Assembly (NCBI GenBank): GCA_038040445.1
Contig: JBBPIG010000002.1
Span: 257,847 to 321,846 of the forward strand
Source: Candidatus Onstottus frigus
GTDB lineage: Bacteria; Acidobacteriota; Blastocatellia; UBA7656
Direction of reading: 5' to 3'
DNA length: 64,000 bases
The translations under genes were made by a program, and so were the position numbers. Within the stretch, counting starts at the first letter, position 1. The number at the start of each line of letters is the position of its first letter. Shown piece after piece: positions 10,432 to 20,920 of the stretch. The notes below the pieces were generated by a model. It was not told the origin of the DNA. It was given only the letters and a program-made list of their open reading frames with translations, and did not search any database.

Positions 10432-11231
10432 ACCCCCAGTTCAAAGCCCACAACCAGTCGGGTGAGTTGGCGCCGGAGCTCAAGATGAGCATCGAGAAGC
10501 TGAACTTCTACTATGGCCGCGTTCGCGCTTTGAAAGACATATCGCTCGACATTCGCTCGAAACAGGTGACTGCCTTCATCGGGCCGTCAGGCTGCGGTAA
10601 GTCAACGCTGATTCGCACCTTGAACCGAATGAACGACGTGATCCCGGGAATTCGCGTCGAGGGTTGCGTGACGTTGGATGGTCAGGATCTGTACGCGCCT
10701 GCGACGGACGTGGTGGAGTTGCGCCGCCGCGTGGGGATGGTCTTCCAAAAAGCGAACCCTTTCCCGCGCTCGATCTTTGATAACGTCGCCTATGGCCTTA
10801 GAATTAACGGGATGACCCGCTCAAAGGCCGAACTCGCTGAAAAGGTCGAGGCCAGCTTGCGAGCGGCGGTTCTCTGGGACGAGGTGAAAGATCGCTTGAA
10901 GGAATCGGCATTCGGGCTGTCGGGCGGACAGCAGCAGAGGGTTTGCATTGCGCGAGCGCTCGCCGTAGAACCCGAGGTGGTTCTGATGGATGAGCCGACT
11001 TCGGCGCTTGATCCGATAGCAACGCAAAAGATCGAAGAGCTGATTGCCGACCTCAAGCAGAAGTACACGATTGTGATCGTGACTCACAACATGCAGCAGG
11101 CAGCTCGCATCTCGGACCGGACGGCATTCTTTTGGCTGGGAGAGCTGATCGAGTTCAACACAACGGAAAAGATATTCACGAAACCCGAAAAGCGAATGAC
11201 TGAGGATTACATCACCGGGAGATTTGGATGA
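10368..11231 (+). CDS. pstB: Phosphate ABC transporter ATP-binding protein PstB
   Basis: Walker [13 protein letters not shown] signature LSGGQQQR, Walker [13 protein letters not shown]; true start probably MEKETV at 10413. Confidence 0.9.
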   Translation: MQRRNLAGTIVRAPYMEKETVDPQFKAHNQSGELAPELKMSIEKLNFYYGRVRALKDISLDIRSKQVTAFIGPSGCGKSTLIRTLNRMNDVIPGIRVEGCVTLDGQDLYAPATDVVELRRRVGMVFQKANPFPRSIFDNVAYGLRINGMTRSKAELAEKVEASLRAAVLWDEVKDRLKESAFGLSGGQQQRVCIARALAVEPEVVLMDEPTSALDPIATQKIEELIADLKQKYTIVIVTHNMQQAARISDRTAFFWLGELIEFNTTEKIFTKPEKRMTEDYITGRFG

Positions 11232-11237
11232 ATGATG

Positions 11238-11320
11238 GTCCGTAGTCCGTAGCTCTCTCCACTACGAGCCAGGTCTAAGGACTACGGACCACGGACTACG
11301 GACTACTGACTACGGACTAT
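11238..11320. repeat. REP-like palindromic element (GTCCGTAGTCCGTAG … CTACGGACCACGGACTACGGAC)
   Basis: Inverted repeat arms visible directly; second copy of same family at 23297-23350. Confidence 0.6.
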
Positions 11321-11324
11321 TAGC

Positions 11325-11984
11325 ATGCATAAGCGACTCATCGAAGACAATCTGGACCTGCTGCGAGACAAGCTGCTGATCATGGGCGGCGCCGCCGAAA
11401 AAGCAATCATGCTCTCGATGCGGGCGCTCATCGAGCGCGACTCCGACCTTGCTGAGCGCGTTATTCGCGAGGACGACGCGATCGATCAAATGGAGCTGGA
11501 GATCGACCAGATGTGCGTCGACGTGCTTGTCCTCAAACAGCCTGCGGCCAGCGATCTGCGTTTCGTCGTATCGGTCGCCCGAGCGGCGCCCACCGTCGAG
11601 CGCATAGCCGATCACGCCGTCAACATTGCTAAACACGCGCTCTCGCTTAACAACCAACCGGAGATTGGCGCGCGTATCGAGCTGTCTACCATGGCGAAGG
11701 TCGTGCAGGAGATGTTGGTCGATGGGCTGGACGCCTTCACATCAGGCGATCCCGAACGCGCGCAGGCAACCATCTCGCGCGACGATGAAGTGGATGCGCT
11801 CTACGACAGACTCTTCGCGCAGATGATTGAGGCAATGACGCGCGACTCATCAACTGTATCGCGCGGCGCCGAGTGGTTGTTTGTGTTGAAGCATCTCGAA
11901 CGCATAGCCGACTACGTAACCAACATCTGCGAGCAGATCGTCTATATGGCACGCGGACACGTCATCAAACACACTGTATGGTAG
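11325..11984 (+). CDS. phoU: Phosphate signalling complex protein PhoU
   Basis: Two PhoU repeats, position after pstB. Confidence 0.9.
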   Translation: MHKRLIEDNLDLLRDKLLIMGGAAEKAIMLSMRALIERDSDLAERVIREDDAIDQMELEIDQMCVDVLVLKQPAASDLRFVVSVARAAPTVERIADHAVNIAKHALSLNNQPEIGARIELSTMAKVVQEMLVDGLDAFTSGDPERAQATISRDDEVDALYDRLFAQMIEAMTRDSSTVSRGAEWLFVLKHLERIADYVTNICEQIVYMARGHVIKHTVW

Positions 11985-12691
11985 CAAGCGATCAGACCCG
12001 CCTCCGCACAATAATCATCGTCGAAGATGACGAAGACATCGCCGACTCGATCCGTTACAACCTGGAACGGGAAGGCTTTCGCGCTCGCCTGGCGGCGACG
12101 GGCGAAGACGCGCTCAACCTGATACTCGATCGTCCGCCGAATCTTATACTCCTCGATCTCAATCTTCCCCACATGAGCGGCTTCGAGTTGTGCCGCCGCT
12201 TGCGCTCTGAAGCGACGACCGCGCAGGTGCCAATACTGATGCTAACGGCGCGCACGGATGAAACAGATAAGGTGCTCGGCTTGAACATTGGCGCCGACGA
12301 CTACATAACCAAGCCGTTCAGCATGCGCGAGCTTGTCGCGCGAGTTAATGCCGCGCTGCGCCGCGCGGAGGGTTCAGAGGTCAATCGCCCGGTCTTCGAC
12401 GACGGATCGCTCAGGATCGATCCTTCTACTTTCACGGTGAACTATCGCGGGCGCGATGTGCGGATGACGCGCAAAGAGTTCGCCTTGCTGTCGGAACTCG
12501 CGCGCAATCAGGGTCGCGTATTGACGCGCGAGGTGCTGCTCGACCGAGTGTGGGGCGTGAGTTATTACGGTGATTCCCGCACGCTGGACGTTCATATTCG
12601 AAGGCTTCGTCAGAAGCTCGACGATCCTTCGGTGATTGAAACAGTAACAGGGATAGGATATAGGTTGGTCGATAGCCGCAAGCAGAACTAA
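11978..12691 (+). CDS. phoB: OmpR-family response regulator, PhoB-like
   Basis: Receiver (IVEDDEDI…DLNLP…) plus winged-helix trans_reg_C; ATG overlaps phoU stop (ATGGTAG). Confidence 0.85.
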   Translation: MVASDQTRLRTIIIVEDDEDIADSIRYNLEREGFRARLAATGEDALNLILDRPPNLILLDLNLPHMSGFELCRRLRSEATTAQVPILMLTARTDETDKVLGLNIGADDYITKPFSMRELVARVNAALRRAEGSEVNRPVFDDGSLRIDPSTFTVNYRGRDVRMTRKEFALLSELARNQGRVLTREVLLDRVWGVSYYGDSRTLDVHIRRLRQKLDDPSVIETVTGIGYRLVDSRKQN

Positions 12692-12694
12692 TTG

Positions 12695-12776
12695 GATTCT
12701 AGATTTCGGATTTTGGATTGAGGGAACAGCGCCTCCAACGCCACGTTCGACAATCTAAAATCTAAAATCCAAAATC
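12695..12776. promoter_or_regulatory. Long imperfect palindrome between phoB and phoR
   Basis: TCTAGATTTCGGATTTTGGATTG … CAATCTAAAATCTAAAATCCAAAATC; arms are reverse complements around a GC-rich loop. Confidence 0.5.
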
Positions 12777-12779
12777 AGT

Positions 12780-14216
12780 ATGAAGGATCTTGCCCGACGA
12801 GTCTGGTTGGTGACCTTTGGAGCGCTGCTTATCTTTGTGGTCTACGAGACTATCAAGACAGTGCTGTTCCCACACCTCTCGGCGATCAACTCGCACCTCA
12901 TCACCGTTATCGTAGTGGCAGTGATGACCTTCTTTGTGTCGCGCTACGCACTCGGCCGTTATGGCGGCGCTCTGGGTGAGATTCAGCGCCAAACTGCGAT
13001 CACCGAAGAAACGAATCGGCTGTTGGCCGGCGTGCTGGCCACGATGCGCGAGGCCGTCTTGATTGTCGATTCACAGATGCGCGTCGCGCTCTACAACGAT
13101 GCGGCGGCGCGGATATTCAAGCTCCCGGCGGCGAGTGCGGGTAAGCCGGGCACGCGTCGGCCAACGTCTGAGAGCACAATCGGCGAAAGCTTCAACGGAG
13201 AACCGATGCCCGCACGCTCGCAGATTGATCCGGCCTGGGCTTCATCTGGCGTCGTCGACTCGGCTCGCGCGTATCGCTTGACGGACGCGACTCGAGATCC
13301 GGCAATCAACAGGGCCTTCGCCCGCGTGATAGAAGACAAGACGCCGGTCGAGTTGCGCGTCGAAATGGCAGACCGCGAACGTCGCAGTTTTCAGTTGAAC
13401 ATCGTGTCGCTTGGCATCGATCTCGCGGTGGGAATCTTCTTCGACATCACTCAACTCGAGAGGCTCGAACGCGTCCGGCGAGAATTCTTCGCCAACCTGT
13501 CGCATGAGTTGCGCACTCCGTTGACGGCGATGCTGGCTTGCTCAGAGACCCTACTGAGTGGCGCGATAGATGATCCGGCCAGCCGAACGAGGTTCGTTGA
13601 AACTCTCTTCAAACACGCCACGCGGATGAGCGAACTGATCTCGGACATCTCGGATCTCTCAGCTATCGAGTCGGGTCAGGTCGAGCTTACCCTCAAGCCT
13701 TTGAGGCTGCGGCCTGTCGTCGCCGATGTTGTTGCTCTACTCGAGTCGCGCAAAGCAGATATCGACATCTCCTTCAGCGCGTCGATTGGCGAGGATGTCT
13801 TCGTGCAGGCCGACCGCACGAGGCTGGAACAGATTCTGTACAACTTGATTGACAACGCGGTGAAGTTCAACCGGCCGGGCGGCTCCGTCAGGGTCACGGC
13901 GGAAGAACAAGAAGGGGGTGTTGTCGTAAGCGTCGAGGATACAGGCGTCGGAATCGAAGCATCTGATCTGCCCCGCATCTTCGAGCGGCTCTATCGCGGT
14001 GACAAATCACGCTCTCGAAAGACGGAGGGCACGGGGCTGGGGCTTGCCATCGTCAAGCATCTGGTACGCGCGCACGGCGGCGAGGTTTCCGTTGTGAGCA
14101 AGCTGGGCGCCGGCTCTTGCTTTACATTCGCGATGCCAGTCGCGCCCACCACGGAAAAAGCTGATGCAGGTATTTGCGGCCCTCTGGAATCATTGATAGC
14201 CAAGCAGACCAAATGA
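12780..14216 (+). CDS. phoR: Sensor histidine kinase, PhoR-like
   Basis: N-terminal TM, PAS-like region, H-box LSHELRTPLT, HATPase_c (N, G1 DTGVGI, G2 GTGLGLAIV). Confidence 0.85.
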   Translation: MKDLARRVWLVTFGALLIFVVYETIKTVLFPHLSAINSHLITVIVVAVMTFFVSRYALGRYGGALGEIQRQTAITEETNRLLAGVLATMREAVLIVDSQMRVALYNDAAARIFKLPAASAGKPGTRRPTSESTIGESFNGEPMPARSQIDPAWASSGVVDSARAYRLTDATRDPAINRAFARVIEDKTPVELRVEMADRERRSFQLNIVSLGIDLAVGIFFDITQLERLERVRREFFANLSHELRTPLTAMLACSETLLSGAIDDPASRTRFVETLFKHATRMSELISDISDLSAIESGQVELTLKPLRLRPVVADVVALLESRKADIDISFSASIGEDVFVQADRTRLEQILYNLIDNAVKFNRPGGSVRVTAEEQEGGVVVSVEDTGVGIEASDLPRIFERLYRGDKSRSRKTEGTGLGLAIVKHLVRAHGGEVSVVSKLGAGSCFTFAMPVAPTTEKADAGICGPLESLIAKQTK

Positions 14217-14521
14217 CCGACAAGCACAAAGATGTTGATTCGTACCTCGATTCTCTGAGCGCACACAAAAGACCTCACTTGAACAAGCTGCGCGCTATGA
14301 TTCGGAAAGCCGTTCCCAAAGCTACAGAGTCAATCAAATACAACCTGCCCTACTACGAAGCCAATGGTATGCTGTGCGCCTTTGCTGCTCAGAAGAACTA
14401 TTTCAGCTTCTATGGGCCATCCACATCTTCCCGCGAGAGTGAATGGCCCCTTCGCGTTCCCCAGGGAACGCAGGCCAGGTCCATGGTAGTGAAGCGTGTT
14501 GAACTTCACGTCAAATGTTGA
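14213..14521 (+). CDS. DUF1801 (YdhG-like) family small protein
   Basis: MTDKHKDVDSYLDSL…IKYNLPYY pattern typical of DUF1801. Confidence 0.45.
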   Translation: MTDKHKDVDSYLDSLSAHKRPHLNKLRAMIRKAVPKATESIKYNLPYYEANGMLCAFAAQKNYFSFYGPSTSSRESEWPLRVPQGTQARSMVVKRVELHVKC

Positions 14522-14736
14522 TGAATGTTCTGTGAACCTTTCCGACTCCCAAATAATTCAGCCAAAAGCGCGAGGTTTCTTCGCTAGGACAATTCACACA
14601 AAGTTAAGAGTGAGGCCACACCAATCTAACTCTTCGCGCCTATCCTTCATGAAGCTGGACGCCGGCTAAGCGCCCTGAAGCACACCTCGCCGCGGCTGAC
14701 AGCGCGCGGACTGTGCGAGCAGGACAGGGAGGAATC

Positions 14737-15204
14737 ATGAATACCCGCTATCTAGAAGAGCACGCCGTTGAGACAGCTCAATTCAACCTCACCCGGGTCG
14801 ATCGGCGCATTGATGAGCACCGCGCACACACCTTGCTGCTGGAACTTAGTTCATCCGCGGCATTGGATCGAATCGACCGAGCAAGGCTCGATGGAGATAT
14901 TTGCACATTTTGGTCCGTCGAATTCGCGAACGAATCTGAAGAAGAATTTGCGCGGACGCTTGAAGCGCATCGAATCCTCTGGCGGTACAAACCTCGCACG
15001 TTTTCCGTCGAATGGGACCAGGAAGGAAACTTTGTGGATAGCTTCACTCCGGGCTTCTATCTACCAGCGCAAAACAGATACCTTGAGGTGGCAGCGCCGG
15101 ATTGTCGCGTATCCGCCATCGCTCGGAAGGTTCGACTGCTTCGCCAGCAGTACTCCCTCATCAAAATCGATCTGATCTTCTGGCAGGGATCGTCGCAAGC
15201 ATAG
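14737..15204 (+). CDS. Hypothetical protein
   Basis: 155-aa ORF, no recognisable motif. Confidence 0.35.
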   Translation: MNTRYLEEHAVETAQFNLTRVDRRIDEHRAHTLLLELSSSAALDRIDRARLDGDICTFWSVEFANESEEEFARTLEAHRILWRYKPRTFSVEWDQEGNFVDSFTPGFYLPAQNRYLEVAAPDCRVSAIARKVRLLRQQYSLIKIDLIFWQGSSQA

Positions 15205-15415
15205 TTGTTCAATCGGGTCAATCAGCTCTGCTCTCTCCCTCTTCCCGGCGTCGCGGCTTTTACAAATATTTAATCCGCTCGTCACGTGAATTTAACGCGC
15301 GCGTCATAGCATCCCACTCCGCACTGTGGTAAATTCTTGGCCACTTAATTACCGTTGTGACCTAAGGGGTAACTGAGACCCTAACGCGTTTTCATCAAGA
15401 CAAACGGAGGTGGAG

Positions 15416-15829
15416 ATGGTTATAGATTTCGTGCCTATTAAGATCACCCGAGCAGATGAGAGCAAAGTGCGGCGGGCATCGGCCAGCAAAGAACGTTATG
15501 TTGTGCCTTTCGCGCTGTCCGCTAAGCCGCCTCGAGATTGGGAAGACATTTTTGACGACGTCTGGCGATCTCATCGCAAGGGATCGGCCGCTCCAAAGGC
15601 ACAAGCCTACGTGAGAAAAAGCGAACTGGTGATCGAGTGTGCTCTCAGCGAAATCAAGCCGGTCTTTCCAAACCTCCGCTCATCGGTGGACGCCGCCAAC
15701 GAGAAGTACCTGGTGTTCCTGAAACAGAAGGCCGAGAAGGATGAAAAGAAGCGGCGCAAGCGTGAAGAGGAAAAGCTTTTAGAGAGAACAGCGGTGCACG
15801 AGGCACTTGAGGGCCTGGACTTCTCGTAG
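15416..15829 (+). CDS. Hypothetical protein with Lys/Glu-rich C-terminal helix
   Basis: GGAGG RBS 5-6 nt upstream; no family recognised. Confidence 0.4.
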   Translation: MVIDFVPIKITRADESKVRRASASKERYVVPFALSAKPPRDWEDIFDDVWRSHRKGSAAPKAQAYVRKSELVIECALSEIKPVFPNLRSSVDAANEKYLVFLKQKAEKDEKKRRKREEEKLLERTAVHEALEGLDFS

Positions 15830-15945
15830 CTCGCATCCGCGCCTTAAGACCATCGGAGCAGCCAGTAACTGGCCACCTGTGCGAACACAGCATAGCCAGC
15901 CGGAGATACCGCCTACGGAGAATAGAGTATGGGCACTTTAGTGAT

Positions 15946-16248
15946 TCAAAGGTCGCGTAGGAAATCGCGGGGATCCCTATCCTTCAATTGAATCTTCTTG
16001 CGAAGCCGCCCGATCGCCTTGTTCGCCTGATTGTACTTCATCACCGCTTGTTCGATTTGCCTCTGACGCTCGAGCTGGCGCGCATTGCCGCCAATCGTGG
16101 AGATGCGCTCGGCATCGTTATAGTCTCGGACCACGCGGCGAATAACCATGGCTCGATTCTCAGCTTTGCGCACCAGCCGTCTAGCTTTCTTCTCTACCTT
16201 CTTTGACATCTTTTGCAACCCTGTATGTTCCATTGTGATTCCTGCCAT
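15946..16248 (-). CDS. Small basic hypothetical protein
   Basis: ~90-100 aa, Arg/Lys-rich, predicted helical; start ambiguous (three in-frame ATGs). Confidence 0.35.
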   Translation of the reverse strand: MAGITMEHTGLQKMSKKVEKKARRLVRKAENRAMVIRRVVRDYNDAERISTIGGNARQLERQRQIEQAVMKYNQANKAIGRLRKKIQLKDRDPRDFLRDL

Positions 16249-16526
16249 GAAGCAAATCTAAACGAGCAGGGTTATCAGAGTATGAATTCTTGTTGAAATA
16301 GTTGTGAACTCTGCGGGTTCGTAAGATGACCTTCCATCGGCAAAGCTTTCACATCTATTTAACGTCACCTTCATAACTCATTAACCGTGCCCTGCTAGAC
16401 TCCGCCATCTGAATGGCCAGATTGCAAAGCTGAAGCGGCGACACACATACCAATTTTCGCCGTTTCCACCTGGGTTGTCTGCGCAGGCGACTTGAATCGA
16501 CTAACCAGGCAAACAATTCTCTCAAC

Positions 16527-19500
16527 ATGAGCAGGAGGCATAGACTGATGAAGCCAAGAACTACGCATATCCGCCCATTTCTCTACAAGAAACTAGCGAA
16601 GACACTAATCGTCTTCTTGCTGCTATCAGGTTTCACCACACCGTGGTCCAAGACCTGGGCGCAGTCGGGTCCGACCGGCACATTGACCGGCGCGGTCACC
16701 GACCAAACCGGCGCACTGGTGGCTGGCGCCGCCGTCACTATCACCAACGCCGCGACGAAATCCAGCAGGAGTGTCACCACAGATCATGAAGGGCGATGGA
16801 AGGTTACCGCCCTTGATGTTGGCACTTATACTCTCGTTGTTGAGACCACAGGCTTTAAGAAGGCGATTGCTGAGAGAGTCGAGGTCGAAGCGGCAGTCCC
16901 GCGAACCGTCGATATCAAGCTTGAGCCCGGCGCGATCCAGGAGGCGGTAAACATTGTTGCCGGGAGCGAGGTGTTGCAGCGCGAGACAGCTACAACCTTC
17001 CGTCAGCTCAACTCGCTCGAGCTACAGGAAGTGCCTTCGTCGACGCGCAGCTTTACTCACCTGCTGTCAGCCGAAGCAGGCGTGAGCGCAGACCTTCCGC
17101 CAGTGCTCACAAACAGCAATGGCAATCTCTCGCCGTCGGTAAACGGTTTGCGCCCCACGTCAAACAGCCTGCAGTTTAACGGCGTTGACACCACCAACAT
17201 CACCTCGAACGAAGGCTCGCTTACGGACAACATTTCGCCCGCACCTGAAACGCTTCAGGAGGTCAAGCTGCAGACGAGCCTCTATGACGCCTCAACCGGG
17301 CGGAGCGGCGGCGGGAACTTCCAGTTGATAACCAAGTCGGGCGGCAACGACTTCCACGGCTCACTCTACTGGTTCCTTCAAAACGAGAAGTTCAACGCGA
17401 ACGACTTCTTCTACAACAAAGACGGGATCAACCGGCCGGTGGCGCGCCGCAATGAAGGCGGCTTTGCTATTGGCGGCCCTATCATCAAAGAGCGGTCGTT
17501 TTTCTTCGGAAGCTACCAGCGAACGCAGGCCAAGACTGGGTTTGTGCCGACCGCGCAGAGCATCACTCTGCTTCCGCGCGCATTGGATTTAGTCGGAACT
17601 GATCGCTCGGCTGCGGCTTTGATCAGTGCTTTCAAGCAACTCAATCCCGGCTTTAACCTCAACGCTTCGCAGGTGTCGAGGTTTGCGCTGAACCTGCTTA
17701 ACCTCAAGAATCCGGCAACAGGCGGCTTCATCATCCCTGCGCCGAGCAGCCTTCCCGGAGTAAAGGATTTGGTTGACGCCAATGGGGTCCCGCTGGTGGA
17801 TCTTGAAGGAAATCCGCTCGCGCGCTTGCGTCAGGTCTTTCCCGCTGAGTTCGAGCAAGACCAGTTCACCCTTCGCAACGATACGCAGTTGACGACGGCT
17901 AACAAGCTGGCCGTCACATTCTTCTTCTCGAATTTCCCCGGCCTCGATCCCTTTCCGGATCCATCGAGCCTTGCATCCCCGTTTACCCTCGAGCGTAATG
18001 ACCGCGCGCGGGCGCTTTCCGTTTCTGACATTCACTTGATAAGCAGCCGGGCCGTCAACGAAGCGCGCTTTGGCTATTTCAAGCTGAATAACACGCGGCA
18101 GGGCGCCGCGCAGTTTGACGGCATCACAAGTGAGAGCGTGCTTGAGGGGACAGGGGTGCCGATTCAGCAATTCAACCCTTCCGTGCTGTTCGACGACAGC
18201 TTGGCCACACGCCGTCTCGGACACTACACGGCCGCTCCGAATTTCAATTTCTCGTTCGGATACCCGAATGACTCCTACAACACGCGCAAGCAGCAGACCT
18301 ATACGTTAGCGGACATTCTCTCTTACACGCGGGGCGCGCACACGCTGCGACTGGGCGGCGAGTACAAGCGGCACTTCTATGACACGAGTTTGCCGGAAGA
18401 GCAGCAGACCGAGTTTGAAAAACAGCGCGGCTTCACGTCGCTGCTTCGAGGGTTGACGACCGAAGGCGATACCCAGTTCGGCATCACCGAAAAGAATTTC
18501 CGCATGCACGATTTGAGCTGGTTCGTGGCTGACGACTGGAAAGTCTCGCGCCGTCTGACGCTCAACGCCGGCCTGCGTTGGGACTGGTTCGCTTGGCCCA
18601 CCGAAAAGAACGGCCGCATCGGCAACGTGGATTTCGAGCAGGTCGGACCGAACCTTTTGCCGAGCGCTTTCATCGTGCCTAAGAATGTAAAGTCCACGGG
18701 TTTCGGCGCAATTGACGCAACGGTCGCAACCGCGGTGAAAATCGATAACAACCACACGCTGAAAGGGGAGGACCTGAACAACTTCCAACCGCGATTAGGA
18801 TTTGCCTGGACCCCATTTGACTCAAGCCGTCTGGTCGTTCGCGGCGGCTACGGAATCTTCTTTGACCGTCCATCTGCGGCGTTCGTCAACACGATCTTTT
18901 CAAACTATCCATTCCTGCGCGAGATCGAAGTGACAGCCCCGAGCAACGCCGTTCCTTTCCTGACCGCGTTCTCGCAGCAGAATCCGAACTTGCCGTTTAG
19001 CCAGTTCCTGCCGTTCAGGATTATCCTCAGAAGCGGCGTATATGAGATACGCGACAACACCGGCGTGACAAGAGGCGCGGACGGCACGCTCAACGCGAAT
19101 GATCCTGCCACCGGACAGCCCACCCTCGGTAACATCGCCGAGACGTTCGAGTTTCGGGCGATAGACCGCGGCCTGCGCACGCCTTACATCCAGCAATGGA
19201 ATCTGGGGTTCCAGCACGAGCTAGCCAAGAATCTGCTCATCGAAGCGCGATACGTTGGGACTAAGGGGACAAAGCTGCTGCAAGCTCTCGCGTTCAATCA
19301 GCCATTCGATTTGAATGATCCTTCGACCCCTGACTACATCTATCAGCGTTTCGTTGATGCTTACGTCGCGGCAGGCTCGCCGCGCGGCGCGCTCAATGCC
19401 GGAAGCACGGCGCGCGCGCGCGGCCTTGGCAAGGCGTTCGGATTCACGAATCCGCTCAGTGGCCAGATCGACCTGAACTTCTCCCAGCCGGTTGCGCTTG

Positions 19501-20396
19501 TGAACGGCCAGCCCAACCTCACGCAGCGAGTCATAATACCGTTCGAGGCTCGCGGGGTGAGCCTCGGGTTCAACATACCTGAAGCGCTGCTTCTCACATC
19601 AAGTGGCAATTCAACCTATCACGGATTGCAGCTTGGCTTGATGAAAAGGATGTCGAACGGATTGCAGTTCAATGCCGCATACACCTTCTCGAAATCAATG
19701 GACACAAGCTCGTCTGATCCCGGCTCGACGGCAGGCGGCGGCAAGCCCGACGTTCCAAACGTCGGATTCGTGCTTCAGGGCAATCAGCGAGACGTTCGCT
19801 CGAGCCGTGCGCTTTCGGACTACGATCGGCCGCATCGCGTCTCATTGTCGTTCGTCTACAACATTCCAAGCTTCGGCAGCGATTCGCGCCTGTTCACAGG
19901 CTGGCAGATAGCCAGTTTCATTCAGGCGCAGTCCGGCACTCCGTTCAGTATCTTTACATCGGAGCCTGAAGCGCGAACGCTGGGAGATCTGCTCTCTTTG
20001 AATCTCGGAGCGGGCGGACTGTACCGGCTAGGCTTTGGGCGTCCTAGCCTCAAACCGGGCACGACACTTGACGATCTCAGGCGGACGGGAGCCGACCCGA
20101 CTGAGGCTTTCTTCAACAAGGATGTGCTTGCCAGCCCGCTTGGGGGCTTTGGCAACATCGGGCGCAATGTTCTTCGCGGGCCGAATCAGAAGCGATTTGA
20201 CGTGAGCCTGTCGAAGACGACGAGGATAGTTGAAGACGTTAACATCGAGTTCCGTTGGGAGGTTTTCAACCTCTTCAACAACGTCAACTTCGCGACGCCC
20301 AACAACGACCTGCAAGACCGGCTTGATCTCGGAACGATCACAAACACGGTAGGCGGGCCGCGCGTGATGCAGTTTGGGCTGAAGCTCAGGTTTTAG
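16527..20396 (+). CDS. TonB-dependent outer-membrane receptor with N-terminal carboxypeptidase-regulatory-like domain
   Basis: Signal peptide; CarboxypepD_reg-like (TGTLTGAVTD…GTYTLVVE); plug; long beta-barrel ending in aromatic …GLKLRF. Confidence 0.85.
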   Translation: MSRRHRLMKPRTTHIRPFLYKKLAKTLIVFLLLSGFTTPWSKTWAQSGPTGTLTGAVTDQTGALVAGAAVTITNAATKSSRSVTTDHEGRWKVTALDVGTYTLVVETTGFKKAIAERVEVEAAVPRTVDIKLEPGAIQEAVNIVAGSEVLQRETATTFRQLNSLELQEVPSSTRSFTHLLSAEAGVSADLPPVLTNSNGNLSPSVNGLRPTSNSLQFNGVDTTNITSNEGSLTDNISPAPETLQEVKLQTSLYDASTGRSGGGNFQLITKSGGNDFHGSLYWFLQNEKFNANDFFYNKDGINRPVARRNEGGFAIGGPIIKERSFFFGSYQRTQAKTGFVPTAQSITLLPRALDLVGTDRSAAALISAFKQLNPGFNLNASQVSRFALNLLNLKNPATGGFIIPAPSSLPGVKDLVDANGVPLVDLEGNPLARLRQVFPAEFEQDQFTLRNDTQLTTANKLAVTFFFSNFPGLDPFPDPSSLASPFTLERNDRARALSVSDIHLISSRAVNEARFGYFKLNNTRQGAAQFDGITSESVLEGTGVPIQQFNPSVLFDDSLATRRLGHYTAAPNFNFSFGYPNDSYNTRKQQTYTLADILSYTRGAHTLRLGGEYKRHFYDTSLPEEQQTEFEKQRGFTSLLRGLTTEGDTQFGITEKNFRMHDLSWFVADDWKVSRRLTLNAGLRWDWFAWPTEKNGRIGNVDFEQVGPNLLPSAFIVPKNVKSTGFGAIDATVATAVKIDNNHTLKGEDLNNFQPRLGFAWTPFDSSRLVVRGGYGIFFDRPSAAFVNTIFSNYPFLREIEVTAPSNAVPFLTAFSQQNPNLPFSQFLPFRIILRSGVYEIRDNTGVTRGADGTLNANDPATGQPTLGNIAETFEFRAIDRGLRTPYIQQWNLGFQHELAKNLLIEARYVGTKGTKLLQALAFNQPFDLNDPSTPDYIYQRFVDAYVAAGSPRGALNAGSTARARGLGKAFGFTNPLSGQIDLNFSQPVALVNGQPNLTQRVIIPFEARGVSLGFNIPEALLLTSSGNSTYHGLQLGLMKRMSNGLQFNAAYTFSKSMDTSSSDPGSTAGGGKPDVPNVGFVLQGNQRDVRSSRALSDYDRPHRVSLSFVYNIPSFGSDSRLFTGWQIASFIQAQSGTPFSIFTSEPEARTLGDLLSLNLGAGGLYRLGFGRPSLKPGTTLDDLRRTGADPTEAFFNKDVLASPLGGFGNIGRNVLRGPNQKRFDVSLSKTTRIVEDVNIEFRWEVFNLFNNVNFATPNNDLQDRLDLGTITNTVGGPRVMQFGLKLRF

Positions 20397-20506
20397 CGAG
20401 CCTTAGAACTAAACGGACAGGCCGGTCGGGTTCTCTGACTTTGCTTTGTCTGTATGGGATGGCTCACGCCGAGGCTACTTGAGCGTGAGCCATCCCGATT
20501 TGCAAT

Positions 20507-20920
20507 TTGAAACAAGCAGGCCGGCCCCGGTTTGGCGAACAAATGGCATCAGAACCAAGATTCTCATTCAGGCAACTCTCACGCGCAAACAACGATCAAG
20601 ACGCAAACGTCTACGATGATGGCTACCTGCGCGTAGAGTACGACAACTATTACGTCGCCTGCGGCGGAAAGCGGATTTCGCTTCCGCTCAAAGAGTTTCT
20701 GATCTTTTCTCGGCTCGCGTGCAACGCCGATCGCATCGTGCCCTCCGAAGAGATATGGCGTTATGCGTGGGGCGACTCGCCATTCAACTCACTGAGCCTT
20801 CGTGTACACATTCATCGCCTGCGACGGACGTTTCAGCCGTTCGGTCTTCGGATAGAGAGCATGGTCGGAGTCGGCTATTGCCTCTCAGTCGAATCACGAG
20901 GGTTAGACATTCAAGAATAG
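20507..20920 (+). CDS. Stand-alone OmpR/PhoB-type winged-helix DNA-binding domain protein (no receiver)
   Basis: ISLPLKEFLIFSRLACNADRIVPSEEIWRYAWGD…LRVHIHRLRRTF…GVGYCL = trans_reg_C. Confidence 0.55.
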   Translation: MKQAGRPRFGEQMASEPRFSFRQLSRANNDQDANVYDDGYLRVEYDNYYVACGGKRISLPLKEFLIFSRLACNADRIVPSEEIWRYAWGDSPFNSLSLRVHIHRLRRTFQPFGLRIESMVGVGYCLSVESRGLDIQE

